Numbered from the stretch's first letter, positions 42,240 to 54,927 are shown. The stretch is 64,000 bases of DNA from Octopus sinensis (GCF_006345805.1 NC_043014.1:11904001-11968000); one strand, 5' to 3'. Notes: generated from the letters alone by a model not told the origin. A program made the numbers and translations.

Positions 42240-43649
42240 TATTATTATTATTATTATTATTTTTTTTTTTTGCCTGCTGAGTGGACTGGAGCAACGTGAC
42301 AAAGTGTCTTGCTCAAGGACACAGCGCGCCGCTGGGAATCGAACTCATTACTTTGAGGTGTAAGAAAGTAAATGAGAGAAGATTTGGAATGAAGTGAAGA
42401 AGTGGAAGGGGTGGGTGAGGTTAATGTAAGAATTGAAGTAGAATTTTGAAAGGGATGTAGTGTGAGGTGTCTGTGATGCTGAGTAGAAAGATGCTAATAA
42501 CTGAAAGAGGGGGGGGGGGAGAAAGACATAATAATCTGAAAGAGGGCAAAAGGGAACATTGCAGTAAAGGAGACGGAAAAGGAGAAAAGAAGGTTAAGTA
42601 AAAGAAAGATCAGGTGACAAAGATGAACAAAGAATATTTTTTAATTTAGAATGGCCAAATTATTTGGCCGGTGATATTGGTGTCAAAGTTTGGCACTAGA
42701 CCAGCAGTTTTGGAAAAAGGGGTAAGTCGATTACATCGACCCCCGTGCTCAACTGGTACTTACTTTATCGACCCCGAAAGGATGAAAGACAAGTCGACTC
42801 CCGTGGCATGTGAACTCAGAACGTAAAATTTAGAGAAATGCTGCGAAGTATTTTGCCTGGCGCAGTAACGATTCTACCACTTCGCCGCCTTATTTGGCTT
42901 GTAATATTAAACTTTTATGGGGTTGCTTGATCTGCTAAAACTAAAAACAAAATACTTCTCAAAGTTCTTTCTACAATCTTTGAAATGGTGGAAGGACATA
43001 TTGGATAATAAGAGTCCTTGATGTACCTATGTACTTACTATACCCGAGAAAAAAACTGGATGGGAACGGCTAGAACATGCTTGTTTATTGAAATGACTTG
43101 GTGTTAGGCAACAATGGTACCGCAAAACGAGGGAACGTAAAGTACGGCTTGATTTGTTAGAAATAGAAGCTAAATCTTCCTGAACTCATACTGTTAACGA
43201 ATGACGTCACCAAGAAGTCAACCAGCCAGAACGCTCGATGTTTTGGTCATATATTTTGGCTTGGCTCAAACCAAGCAAAATATGTGACCAGCACGCCCGA
43301 AAAGCAAATAACATATTGAAGTAGTTAGGCAACGAAAATACTAAAGACCACAGGCAGACAAAAGCAAGTGATGTCATTAAAGTTACAGCCAATCAAAACT
43401 CGAGTCTTTACCTCAAAAACCTATAAGCTTGCTTCCCAACCACATGGTTCCGGGTTCAGTCCCAGTGCGTAGAACTTTTGGCGAGTGTCTTCTACTATAG
43501 CCTCGGGATGACCAAAACCTTGTGAGTGGATTTGGTAAACGGAAATTGAAAGACGCCCACCGTGTATATATATATAAATTTTTTTTCCGTAATGCGATAA
43601 AAAAAAAAACCAACCAAGGGTGTGTAGATTTTAGAACATTTATAAATAG

Positions 43650-43697
43650 ATCTTACAGCTGTTTCTAGGATATTTATTATATCCCTTCATCGGAGAC
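43650..43697 (-). ncRNA. Minimal type I hammerhead (U4C variant) in a short Penelope-like terminal element (~43615-43800)
   Basis: Minus strand: GUCU-CCGAUGA-AG-GGAUAU aauaa AUAUCC-UA-GAAA-CAGCUG-UA-AGAU. Confidence 0.7.
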
Positions 43698-43797
43698 GGA
43701 GTAAGAAGATGGTTAAGCAATAGTTAATTTAGATAAGATACGAAGTAGAGAGTGAGGTGGAGAAATGAAAATAGATGTGAGATATGCAGGGATATTG

Positions 43798-43884
<87 letters not shown>

Positions 43885-43887
43885 ATT

Positions 43888-43970
<83 letters not shown>

Positions 43971-44737
43971 GTATGTATGTATGTATGTATACATATATAC
44001 ATATACATCTGTGTGTGTGTGTGTGCATTGGATAATGTAGTCTTGGATAGAGTTTGCATAAAAGGGGATGGTCTTTGATGGAGCGTTTTGATCGTAGATA
44101 TATTTGGTAAGACTTGACGTTGAGATAGCAAATACTAAGAACAAAACAACTGTACCACATGGAACCAACCTGAATGCTTTTATGGGGTCGCTTGATCTGC
44201 TAAAACTAAAAACCAAATACCTCTGAAATCTCCTCTTTGAAATTGTGGAAGTACATATTGGATAACAGAGTCCTTGGTGTACCTATATACTTACTATACA
44301 TGAGAAAAAGACTGTATGGGAACGGCTAGAACATGGTTGTTTATTGAACTGGCTTGGTGCTAGACAACAATGGCACCACAAAACGAGGAAACGTAAAATA
44401 CGGCTTGATATGTTAGAAATAGCAGCTAAATCTTCTGAACTCATTGTTTGCTACCTTAAAACCATATCACGTTGCTTAAAACGATCATTTGACTGTATTT
44501 ACTTAAGAGTAAGAGACGGTGTTAGAAGCGGTTGCTAAATATTTTGAACAAGGATACAAAAGATTTGTAAGAAATGGAAATAAATACAAGACATTTTAAC
44601 ATACAGGCTCTTTACCAGATAGGCCCTTCCCCAAACAGACCCTATCAGACCTATCCCTAGCTGATGTAACTAGAAAAAAAAAAGAGGTGAGAAAAATAAG
44701 TGAATTAATTTTGTCCTTATGTCACCGTTGGTTTCAG

Positions 44738-44974
44738 GTGTTGACAGTAATAAATTTTCCATGAGTAAAAGCGTCATTGATATCCGAACTTCTGCGAAAT
44801 TCGATCGAGATACTGGTAAAAAACACTACGATAAGCTGTTATTGACTGTAAAAGATTTGGCTAACCACACGGACAGCAACCGGTTAAATATCACCATCAT
44901 TGACGTCAATGATAATTCTCCGAAATGTACTCCGGATATTTACACGGTATACATCAACGAAGACGTGCCTATAG
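44738..44974 (+). CDS. Cadherin-repeat gene exon 4 (EC2/EC3, FDRD...IIDVNDNSPKC...INEDVPIG)
   Basis: Acceptor gtttcag, cadherin motifs, donor GTGAGT; phase 1 in and out. Confidence 0.93.
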
Positions 44975-45014
44975 GTGAGTCACTTTAATTATTATTATTA
45001 TATTTTGGTCAAAA

Positions 45015-45850
45015 AGGTGGCGAGCTGGTAAATTGCTTAGTGGCATTTCGTCCGTCTTTACGTTATGAGTTCAAATTCCGCCGAGGTCGACTTTGCCTTT
45101 CGTCCTTTCGGGGTCGATAAACTATGCACCAGTTGAACCCTGCGGTCGATGTAATCGACTTAGCTCCTCCTATGGAATTACTGGCCTTGAGTCAAAATTT
45201 GAAATCAATATTATATTTGGCCAAAAAGGCGGCGAGCTGGCAGAATCGTTAGCACGTCGGGCGAAATGCTTATCGGTATTTCGTCTGCCGTTACGTTCTG
45301 AGTTCAAATTCCGCCGAGGTCGACTTCGCCTTTCATCCTTTCGGGGTCGATTAAATAAGTACCAGTTACGCACTGGGTTCGATATAATCGACTTAATCCG
45401 TCTGTCTGTCCTTGTTTGTCTCCTCTGTGTTTAGCCCCTTGTGGGTAGTAGAGAAATAGGTATTTCCACCATCCACAGGTTCTGAGTTCAAATTCTGCCG
45501 AGGTCGACTTTGTATTTCATCCTTTCGGGATCGATAAAATAAGTACCAGTTGAGTACCAGTACTCAGCAGCCCCTTTCCTCAAAATCATTGACCGTTTGC
45601 CAAAAATTAGGAAGAAAACTACCATTTAAACAAAAGGGGGTCAGCACGTAGAATCGTTAGCACGTCGGCAAAAGTACTTAGCGTTATTTCTTCAGATTCA
45701 TCACATTCTGAGTTCAAATTACACTAGGTCGACTTTGCCTGACATCCTTGCGAGGTCGATAAAATAACTACTAACCGAGTACTGGATTCAATATAATCGA
45801 TTAACCCACCTCGTAAAATCACTGGCCTTGTGCCAAAATTTGAAACTGTA
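45015..45850 (+). mobile_element. Tandem cluster of SINE family B copies
   Basis: Four family B cores in direct orientation right after exon 4. Confidence 0.8.
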
Positions 45851-46329
45851 TCATATTTGGACAATAACTTTAAAATTGGTTTGTGAGCTATTGTTAGATA
45901 ATAAACTTGGAGAATGAAAAGTAATTAAAACTAAAGTGGAGGTGCATGGCTTAGTGGTTAGGATGTCAGCATCATGATCGTAAGATTGTGGTTTCGATTC
46001 CTGGACCGGGTGACGCGTTGTGTTCTTGAGCAAAACACTTCATTTCACGTTGCTCCTGTCCACTCAGCTGGCAAAAATGAGTAACGCTGCGATGGACTGG
46101 CGTCCCGTCCAGCTGGGGAGCGCATACGCCATAGAAACTGGGAAACCGGGCCCATGAGTCTGGCTAGGCTTTAAAAGGGCGCATTTATTATTTAAAAAAA
46201 ATTAAACTAATTAATTGAAATAACTTTAAATTGATTGATGCAATGTTATTGTCTTTCTGTGGTGGTAACACAGAGCCGGTTGCATGGATCTTATTGAATC
46301 AAAATATTTTGATCGAATCTTATTTACTG

Positions 46330-46504
46330 GCACAGGAGTGGCTGTGTGGTAAGTAACTTGCTTACCAACCACATGGTTCCGTAGAAGTGCCACTGCGTGA
46401 CACCTTGGCCAAGTGTTGTCTACTATAGCCTCGGGCCGACTAAAGCCTTGTGAGTCGATTTGGTAGACGGAAACTGAAAGAAGCCCGTCGTATATATGTA
46501 TATG

Positions 46505-46537
<33 letters not shown>

Positions 46538-46992
46538 ATGTGTGTCAGTGTTTGTCCCCCATCCCAACATTGCTTGACAACCGATGCTGGGGTGTTTACG
46601 TCCCCGTAACTTAGCGGTTCGGCAAAACATACCTATTTCTTTACAGCCCACAAGGGGCTAAACACAGAGGGGACAAACAAGAACAGACAAACGGATTAAG
46701 TCAATTACATCGACCCCAGTGCGTAACTGGTACTTAATTTATCGACCCCGAAAAGATGAAAAGCAAAGTCGACCTCGGTGGAATTCGACTTTGCCTTTCA
46801 TCCTTTCGGGGCCGATAAATTAAGTACCAGTTACGCACTGGGGTCGATGTAATTGACTTAATCCGTTCGGCAAAACATGCCGATAAAATAAGTACTAGGC
46901 TTACAAAGAATAAGTCCTAGGGTCGATTTCCTCGACTAAAGGCGGTGCTCCAGCATGGTCGCAGTCAAATGACTGATACAAGTAAAGAGTAA
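46330..46992 (+). mobile_element. SINE family A with nested fold-back family B insertion (46631-46864)
   Basis: Family A head and tail; the insertion is flanked by the 14-bp duplication gttcggcaaaacat. Confidence 0.85.
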
Positions 46993-47230
46993 CTGGTTAG
47001 GGCGACAGAGCGAAAAGCAAAATGAAACGCTAGTAATAAGTGCTTATCTCTTTCTTGTTTCAGTCATTAGACTGCGTCCATGCTGGGGCACCGCCTTGAA
47101 GATTATTTTTTTAATTGAATGATACGAGTAATGTTGCAAGGATGCCTGTAGGTTGTATAATGCCCTGTCACTACCTCTACTTTCACTATTTCTTAATATT
47201 CAAAGCAAATCAAATTTTTTTATCTTACAG

Positions 47231-47484
47231 GAAGTGACGTCATTTCGATAAAATGTCGGGACATGGATGAAGGTAGGAACGGATATATCTCTATGCGCTT
47301 TCAAAGTACTGCTTCTTCGGACAAATTTGAAATTAGACCAGACGGAAGAATTAAAATAAAGAGTACCCTGGATTATGAATCTCTGGAGAATTTTAATTCC
47401 TTCCTCAAATTAACAGTTTTTGTTAAAGACAACCCACCAGATTCAAAGGATTCATTGACATCGACAGTAGCAGTCAACATTAAG
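47231..47484 (+). CDS. Cadherin-repeat gene exon 5 (EC3, CRDMDEGRNG...LDYE)
   Basis: Acceptor tatcttacag, DxD and LDYE motifs, donor GTACGT; phase 1 in, phase 0 out. Confidence 0.93.
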
Positions 47485-47597
47485 GTACGTACTACCTCTG
47501 TCTCCTCTTATATAACAACCAATTCAGAAGATTTCATGCAAAGAATGTTTTATAAAAAATACTTTTTCACACTTGGACTGATTACAATCAGTGAACT

Positions 47598-47815
47598 CTT
47601 TACTCTTTTACTCTTTTACTTGTTTCAGTCATGTGACTGTGGACATGCTGGAGCACCGCCTTTTAGTCGAACAAATCGACCCCAGGACTTATTCTTTGGA
47701 AGCCTATTACTTAATCTATCGGTCTCTTTTGCCGAACCGCTAAGTTACGGGGACGTAAACACACCACCATCGGTTGTCAAGCGATGTTGGGGGTACAAAC
47801 ACAAACACACACACA

Positions 47816-47871
<56 letters not shown>

Positions 47872-48043
47872 CATATATACGACGGGCTTCTTTCAGTTCC
47901 CGTCTACCAAATCCACTCACAAGGCTTTGGTCGGCCCGAGGCTATAGTAGAAGGCACTTGCCAAAGGTGCCACGCAGTGGGACTGAACCCGGAACCATGT
48001 GGTTGGTAAGCGAGCTACTTACCACACGGCCACTCCTGCGCCT
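47598..48043 (-). mobile_element. SINE family A
   Basis: Full-length reverse-complement copy in the intron between exons 5 and 6. Confidence 0.88.
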
Positions 48044-48123
48044 ATGTGACCATAACAACCCAAACTGTTACGTTTTTAATTGTCCTTTTTTTATTCCCTT
48101 TCTTCCTTGCTGGCTCTTTTCAG

Positions 48124-48301
48124 GTTCTCCCCGTTAATGAATACAGTCCTACCTGGGTGGAATTTTTACCTGCATCGCTTAACAACGTATATTATGTTAG
48201 TGAAAATGCAGTCATTGGCACCGTGATCCTTACAGTGAAGGCAGAAGATCGAGACAGAGGACCGGACTGTTTTATCATTTATCGCCTCGTGAGCAACAGC
48301 G
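48124..48301 (+). CDS. Cadherin-repeat gene exon 6 (EC3/EC4, PVNEYSPTW...VSENAVIG...AEDRD)
   Basis: Acceptor ctcttttcag, cadherin motifs, donor GTAAGG; phase 0 in, phase 1 out. Confidence 0.92.
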
Positions 48302-48580
48302 GTAAGGACAATTTTGGCAATTTAGAGCAGTGGTTTTCAAACCCTTTGATTACTATTCTATTCTGGTGCCCCCTCCCCCCCCCCTAGCCATTCGATGTTT
48401 AAAAACTAGTCTTATAGATTCTTCTTTCAAAATTCCTATTTCCTTTTTTCACAAATTCACTTGTGTAGTACTTATTCTATCGGCCTCTCTTTTGAACCGC
48501 TAAGTTACGGGGACGTAAACACACCAGTATCGGTTGTCAAGCGATGTTGGGGGGAGGAGACAAATACAGACACACAAACA

Positions 48581-48637
<57 letters not shown>

Positions 48638-49031
48638 CACACAACACACACACATATATATATATATATATATGCATAATGTTAGGGAAAGAAATCTGTT
48701 ACTTGCTATATACATATCTAAAGCAAAAAATTTTCATGGGCCCCTAAAATACTACTGTGGGTCCCCAATTTACTATTTTGTTGTGTGGACCCCTAGAAAT
48801 ATTATATGGACCCTGGCTGTGAACCATAATTTTGACAATTTATTGTTTCAAACAATTTTATAATTTTGTATATTCCTTAGCAATAAGTTTGGAGGGATTC
48901 CCTTTTCCTTTTTACTTGTTTCAGTCATATGACTGTGGTCATGCTGGAGCACCACCTTTAGTCGAGCAAATCATGTAACACAACTTGCCTTTTGTTCAGT
49001 CCCTTTTCTATATTTTTATCATAAATTTCAG

Positions 49032-49568
49032 AGAGTTCAGCCAAGTTTAGATTGGACGGTATTACAGGTGAACTATCAACAAAATCTTTCTTGGATCGAG
49101 ATGTCAAGAGCGGTGGTCGACATTCCTACAAGTTACAAGTGGAGGCCGTAGACAACGGAGGTCAAACATCGGGTATCTCACAACTGACTATTAATCTCCT
49201 AGAATACAACGACAACGCTCCAACTTTCAAAATCTGTTTACGGGGTCACAATCAAAGAGAGTATGGCGGTCGGCGAAAATGTCGTTTTACTCTCGGCAGA
49301 CGACATTGATGAAAGCACAGCCTTGTCATTGCATATCGTTGACGGAGACAAGAATAAGTTCGGTTTCCACAGCTCCGTTTTTGGCCAGATAATATTATCA
49401 AAATCAATAGAATTGGATGGATTAAGGCCTGATCCTAGTCTTTATTCCCTCAAAGTAATTGTGAAAGACGGTGATACAAATGAAAAAACAGGAAGCTGTC
49501 AAGTGTTAATCTCTGTGGAATCTGCCAATGATAATGCCCCAGCATTTGAAAAGACAAAGACTATCAAG
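49032..49568 (+). CDS. Cadherin-repeat gene exon 7 (EC4-EC5), with a frameshift at ~49229-49232
   Basis: Acceptor aatttcag; LDRD and YNDNAPTF in one frame, then SVYGVTIKESMAVGE...ANDNAPAF in another; donor GTAAGC. Confidence 0.88.
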
Positions 49569-49881
49569 GTAAGCATAAAATGAATGGCGTTGTACTCCTA
49601 CTTTTTTTTTATCTCGAAGGAAAACCACTTTCACTTGAAATGGAATTTTTTAGTTGGTATCTTTTACGTCAGAGATTTTCCACTTATTTGGTGACGTATA
49701 CATACAGATATATATATATATGTATGTATGTATATGTATGTGTGTATGTAAATATATATATACATACATATATATATATATATCTATATATATATATATA
49801 TATATAATATATATATATATATATTATATATATGTATATATATGTATATATGTATATATATGATATATATGTATATATATG

Positions 49882-49953
<72 letters not shown>

Positions 49954-50089
49954 ATGTATATATATATATTATATGTATATATATTATATATATAATATAT
50001 AATATATATTATATATATGTATATATATGTATATAATGTATATATATGTATATATATGTGATATATGTATTATATATATGTATTATATG

Positions 50090-50126
<37 letters not shown>

Positions 50127-50189
50127 GTATATATATGTATATATAATATATATGTATATATATATATATATAATATATATGTGTATACA

Positions 50190-50282
<93 letters not shown>

Positions 50283-50401
50283 AACAATTTAGGAATGGCC
50301 TAAACAGGCCATTCGTCCACCAGAAAGAGCAGCCAGAACTCCTACCGCCAAGTAGTGTATTCGGAAATAAGTGAAAATTTAAAAACATTTACCTTAATTC
50401 A

Positions 50402-50500
50402 TCTTTTATACGAGCATCGTTCAGTGTCTTTAATGATAGACCAGCTTAATTAAATTAAATTAAGCTAGTCTACCATAGGTCACACTTCGTCAGTAAAAGA
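50402..50500 (-). ncRNA. Type I hammerhead ribozyme, second copy with two 1-nt deletions (GAAC, stem III)
   Basis: Same as 50876-50976 except one A missing from GAAA and one base missing in stem III. Confidence 0.65.
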
Positions 50501-50875
50501 AACCTGGGAGAGACGAATATACACGAGGCGACTGTATATCAATGCCTCGGGTATATCTGTCTTAAAATTTTCAAGAAAAACGCATTCGCGCCAAACTTAT
50601 CGGCAGCAAATATAACTGCCGATTCAATCTCAGAAAGTCGTCAGAAAATTATCAATTAATCAATTTAGGGGTAGCAAAAAATTCAGTAAAAATTTATCGC
50701 TACCAGCGGCCTGGTGGAAAAGAGAAAATAGTCAAAGACTAAATAGATAAATATAACAATTTAGGAATGGCCTAAACAGGCCATTCGTCCACCAGAAAGA
50801 GCAGCCAGAACTCCTACCGCCAAGTAGTGTAATTCGGAAATAAGGTGAAAATTTAAAAACATTTACCCTAATTCA

Positions 50876-50976
50876 TCTTTTATACGATGCATCGTTTCAG
50901 TGTCTTTAATGATAGACCAGCTTAATTAAATTAAATTAAGCTAGTCTACCATAGGTCACACTTCGTCAGTAAAAGA
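50876..50976 (-). ncRNA. Type I hammerhead ribozyme, canonical core
   Basis: Minus strand: UCUUUUA-CUGACGA-[long stem II AGUGU...ACACU]-GAAA-CGAUGCAUCG-UA-UAAAAGA. 7-bp stem I, palindromic stem III, GUA cleavage triplet. Confidence 0.85.
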
Positions 50977-51190
50977 AACCTGGGAGAGACGAATATACAC
51001 GAGGCGACTGTATCAATGCCTCGGGTATATCTGTCTTAAAATTTTCAAGAAAAACGCATTCGCGCCAAACTTATCGGCAGCAAATATAAACTGCCGATTC
51101 AATCTCAGAATTAGTCAGAAAATTATCAATTAATCAATTTGGGTAGCAAAAAATTCAGTAAAAATTTATCGCTACCAGTATATATATATA

Positions 51191-51282
<92 letters not shown>

Positions 51283-51920
51283 TAAAAAATATATTTTATG
51301 TGCGTGGAGGGTGGTTTGCTTAGCTGGCTGTTTGCGTGTATGTATATATATATATATATGTGTGTGTATGCGTATGTGTGTGTGTGTGTGTGTGCGTGTG
51401 TGTGTCTTTCGTTGACCTTACAATTAACGAACAATCGAAGAAAGAATCATTAGAGAATTCCCTCCTCCAAAGTACACACACGCCTCCTCTCAACAAACAT
51501 GTCCTCACTGCTGATAAGACACCAGCATTATTTACATGCCTTCATCACATATTTCTATTTCAAGCCAGACATGAACCTAAGTAAATAACAACTAATCGTT
51601 CACACACACACACACACACACATATAGCGAAACCTTTCATCTTTGATTGTTTATTGCTAACTTGTTTCAATTAAGGGGTTCCGGCCATGCTGGAGTACTG
51701 CTTTGAAAGGAATTTTTGGAGACGAACGAATCGAACTCGGTACTTTATTTTCAGGTCTGGTACTTAATCTTATGCCGAACCGCTAAGTTTCGGGGACTTA
51801 AAGAAAACAGCACCGGTTGTCAAGTCGTGTAGGTGGGTGGGAACAGACACAGACACAAAAGGCACACACCTAGACACATGCACACACACATACATACATG
51901 CACACACACACACACACACA

Positions 51921-51975
<55 letters not shown>

Positions 51976-52280
51976 TATATATATATATATATAGACACAC
52001 ACTCACGCATACAGATATATACATACATATAAAGACATATGTATGTATGTATGTATGTATGTATTTATCCTTCTATCTATTTATTTGTACATACCTGTCA
52101 GTGCCATGTATGCTATAGGGTTTGCAAATCTAAAGGAGGTCTCAAAAGGCATTTTGAAACCCACAAATGTCAGAACTTAAGTGTAGTTCTTGGTGATCCA
52201 AAGCAGATATGCAATTTGTGTGGGTGTCTTTTCAATACATTGTATGTAGATATGTATATGTGTGTATATGTGTGTATGTA

Positions 52281-52357
<77 letters not shown>

Positions 52358-54326
52358 CCTTGTGGACAGTCATTCCTTCAGAATGTCTGGCGGAATTAGA
52401 AATTCGAATTTATAAGCAGGGATTATAAGGAAAAAGATTCATAGAAAACACATATTTAATTATTAGTATTATTTGTTTACTTATTACAAAGCTCCGTTTC
52501 CAAGGAGTTCTACCTTGTGAAGATGTCTTTGCAGCCGATATTTTCGAGTTAACAACGAACGAAATTTACAAACTGGTATATGGCGCATATTTGCGTATCA
52601 CCAATCAGACAATCGACATCAAGCTCCAACTTCTTTGCAAACTCCTTGGCTAAAATTTTAAAATCTACATTTAGCAAAGTTATGGGCTAAAATTATCAAT
52701 GTGAATCCCGTTACTTGGGTCCTTTCATAGCAACATCACTGTTCTACTGCTATTTGAGGCAATGAGATCTCCAAATAACTCTGGTGTGTAAGACAGACAA
52801 CCCAATCCAGGTGATTTGACCGTAGTACAGCCAACCTTCGCTTCTTATATTTTTACAGCTGTTACCTTATTTTTAATTCTAGTGAATTTTGTGAGTAATT
52901 TAGAGCAGCTCTTCATACTCTATGGCCAATAGTTACAAGGGAAAATGTAAGTCGCCTTGAAGAAAGATGCGTTGTTTTGCCATGTAGGTCAGGCTTAAAG
53001 CTAAAGATGAAGTAAAATAGATATTAGTATTACATCTTTTGGCCTGTTGAGTCATACTTGGACAGTCTACTAGACCGAAAGCGATATGACTCGACCTGTA
53101 TAGACTGTCCAAGTTGGCCTCCGCAGGTGGCTGCGGAGGTCATAAATCAGAAAGAACTGATTGAGGTCAGGAAGACTTGTAACAAAGAAGATTTTGTTTG
53201 CCTCGGTCCGGGCCTGCCGATGCAAGCTTCCCTGCAGGCGGCAGAAAACTTACTTGGGTGCCCGGATGAGGAAGACGAAGAATAATGAAAAATATATTTT
53301 TGTAATTTGTAATTTTAATTTTTGAATTTTTGTGATTATAATTTTGATTTCTATTGATTTAAATTGGACAGTGATTTCGAGGGGTTATCGGTCGGCGGGC
53401 GCCGGTGCCCCTCCCATTATTATTTTTTTTCTCCATCTTTGTCGTTTTCATACACATTAATGTCTCTGTCCAGCCCGCAGCTAACTTTATCTGTGTACGA
53501 CCTTCATTGGTCAATTCGATGAAATGAAGTATTACAACTTTTAAAAAATTGAATTCTTGCGAGGAACAAAACCAGTTAAAGATTTTTGAACAGGCGACCA
53601 ATACAGGATTTTGATTAAATTCGAATGGATCTTGAAAGTTTTTTTTTTTTTCCTCTATTCCATGTTTACTTCCTGATTTATTAGAATTGATAAATCGAAT
53701 AGAACGAATATAATTGTTAACTGAAAAACCATCTCGCTTAGAAGGCCTTCGCTATGTTTTTTTATTCTTGCTACATTTTGAAGAAGTTCCAAGTTCTCGG
53801 GAGCTTTTGCAGAAAACTATGATTGAAGTATTGTAATTGTTAGAAATAAAAATGTAATTGTTAGAAATAAAAATGCAAAAATACTTTAATCCCTCTCGAT
53901 ATAGTTTGTATGAAAAAATTTCTTAGACATTGATGGAATATGAGAAATTTTTTCAAAAAATCATTTTTCGCTCCTGATGCTTTAAGGTTCACATTCTTGG
54001 CTTCATAGCCAAAAAAAGCGATGACATGTTCGTGTTGTTCTCTGGAGTCATTTCTTGGATATTTCTGCTTTGGGATTATTTTTTTATATAACCAGACTAA
54101 GATTACAAAAGTTGTGCTGTTTCAACTTCCTCATTTGCAGTTTTATAATTTTAGTCTTTGAAAATAGCAAAATTTGAAATTTTAGATGAGTCACTGAAAC
54201 TTGTTTGCGGAAAACACAGCCCGGCAAAAATGCAAAAACATGACAACGATAAGTAAAAGAGGAATGATCTTGTACAAAGGTTCGCCAGATTAAGACACGA
54301 ACACCTACAGAAACATTCATGTTTGT

Positions 54327-54927
54327 AGGGCGGCGAGCTGGCAGAAACGTTAGCACGCTGGGCGAAACGCTTAGCGGTATTTCGTCTGCCGCTACGTTCT
54401 GAGTTCAAATTCCACCGAGGTCGACTTTGCCTTTCATACTTTCGGGGTCGATAAATTAAGTACCAGTTACGCACTGGGGTCGATATAATCGAGTTAATCC
54501 GTTTGTCTGTCCTTGTTTGTCCCTTTTTTTGTTTAGCCTCTTGTGTGTAGTAAAGAAATAGGTATTTCGTCTGCCGCTACGTTTTGAGTTCAAATTCCGC
54601 CGAGGTCGAACTTGCCTTTCATCCTTTCGGGGTCGATAAATTAAGTACCAGTTACGCACTGGGGTCGATATAAACGACTTAATCCGTTTGTCTGTCCTTG
54701 TTTGTCCATTCTGTGTTTAGGCCCTTGTGGGCAGTAAAGAAATAGGTATTTCGTTTGTCTTTTCGTTCTGTGTTCAAATTCCGCCGAGGTCGAATTTGCC
54801 CTTCATCTTTTGGGGTCGATAAATTAAGTACCAGTTACACACCGGGGTCGATATAATCGACTTAATCCGTCTGTCTTTCCTTGTTTGTCTCCTCTGTGTG
54901 TATCCCCTAGTGGGTAGTAAAGAAATA
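54327..54927 (+). mobile_element. SINE family B, trimeric, with 18-bp TSD
   Basis: Units at 184-185 bp period; flanked by agaaacattcatgtttgt / agaaacatccatgtttgt. Confidence 0.88.

Larger units (their letters stand above)
50283..51178 (-). mobile_element. Tandem 472-bp retrozyme-like / Penelope-derived repeat (about 1.9 units) with a type I hammerhead in each unit
   Basis: 50283-50706 repeats at 50755-51178; HHR fold on the minus strand in both units; flanked by (TA)n; no ORF. Confidence 0.75.

Noticed and set aside
47485-48009. Extension of the 248-aa ORF beyond the cadherin motifs
   Set aside because: It reads through the GTACGT donor into the intron and a SINE-A copy.
52039-52240. C2H2 zinc-finger-like CRVCKSKGGLKRHFETH
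   Set aside because: Isolated between microsatellites without splice support; most likely a LINE C-terminal remnant.
53058-53285. 75-aa ORF ending in DEEDEE
   Set aside because: No recognisable domain; probably the tail of a decayed DNA transposon, which I cannot support further.
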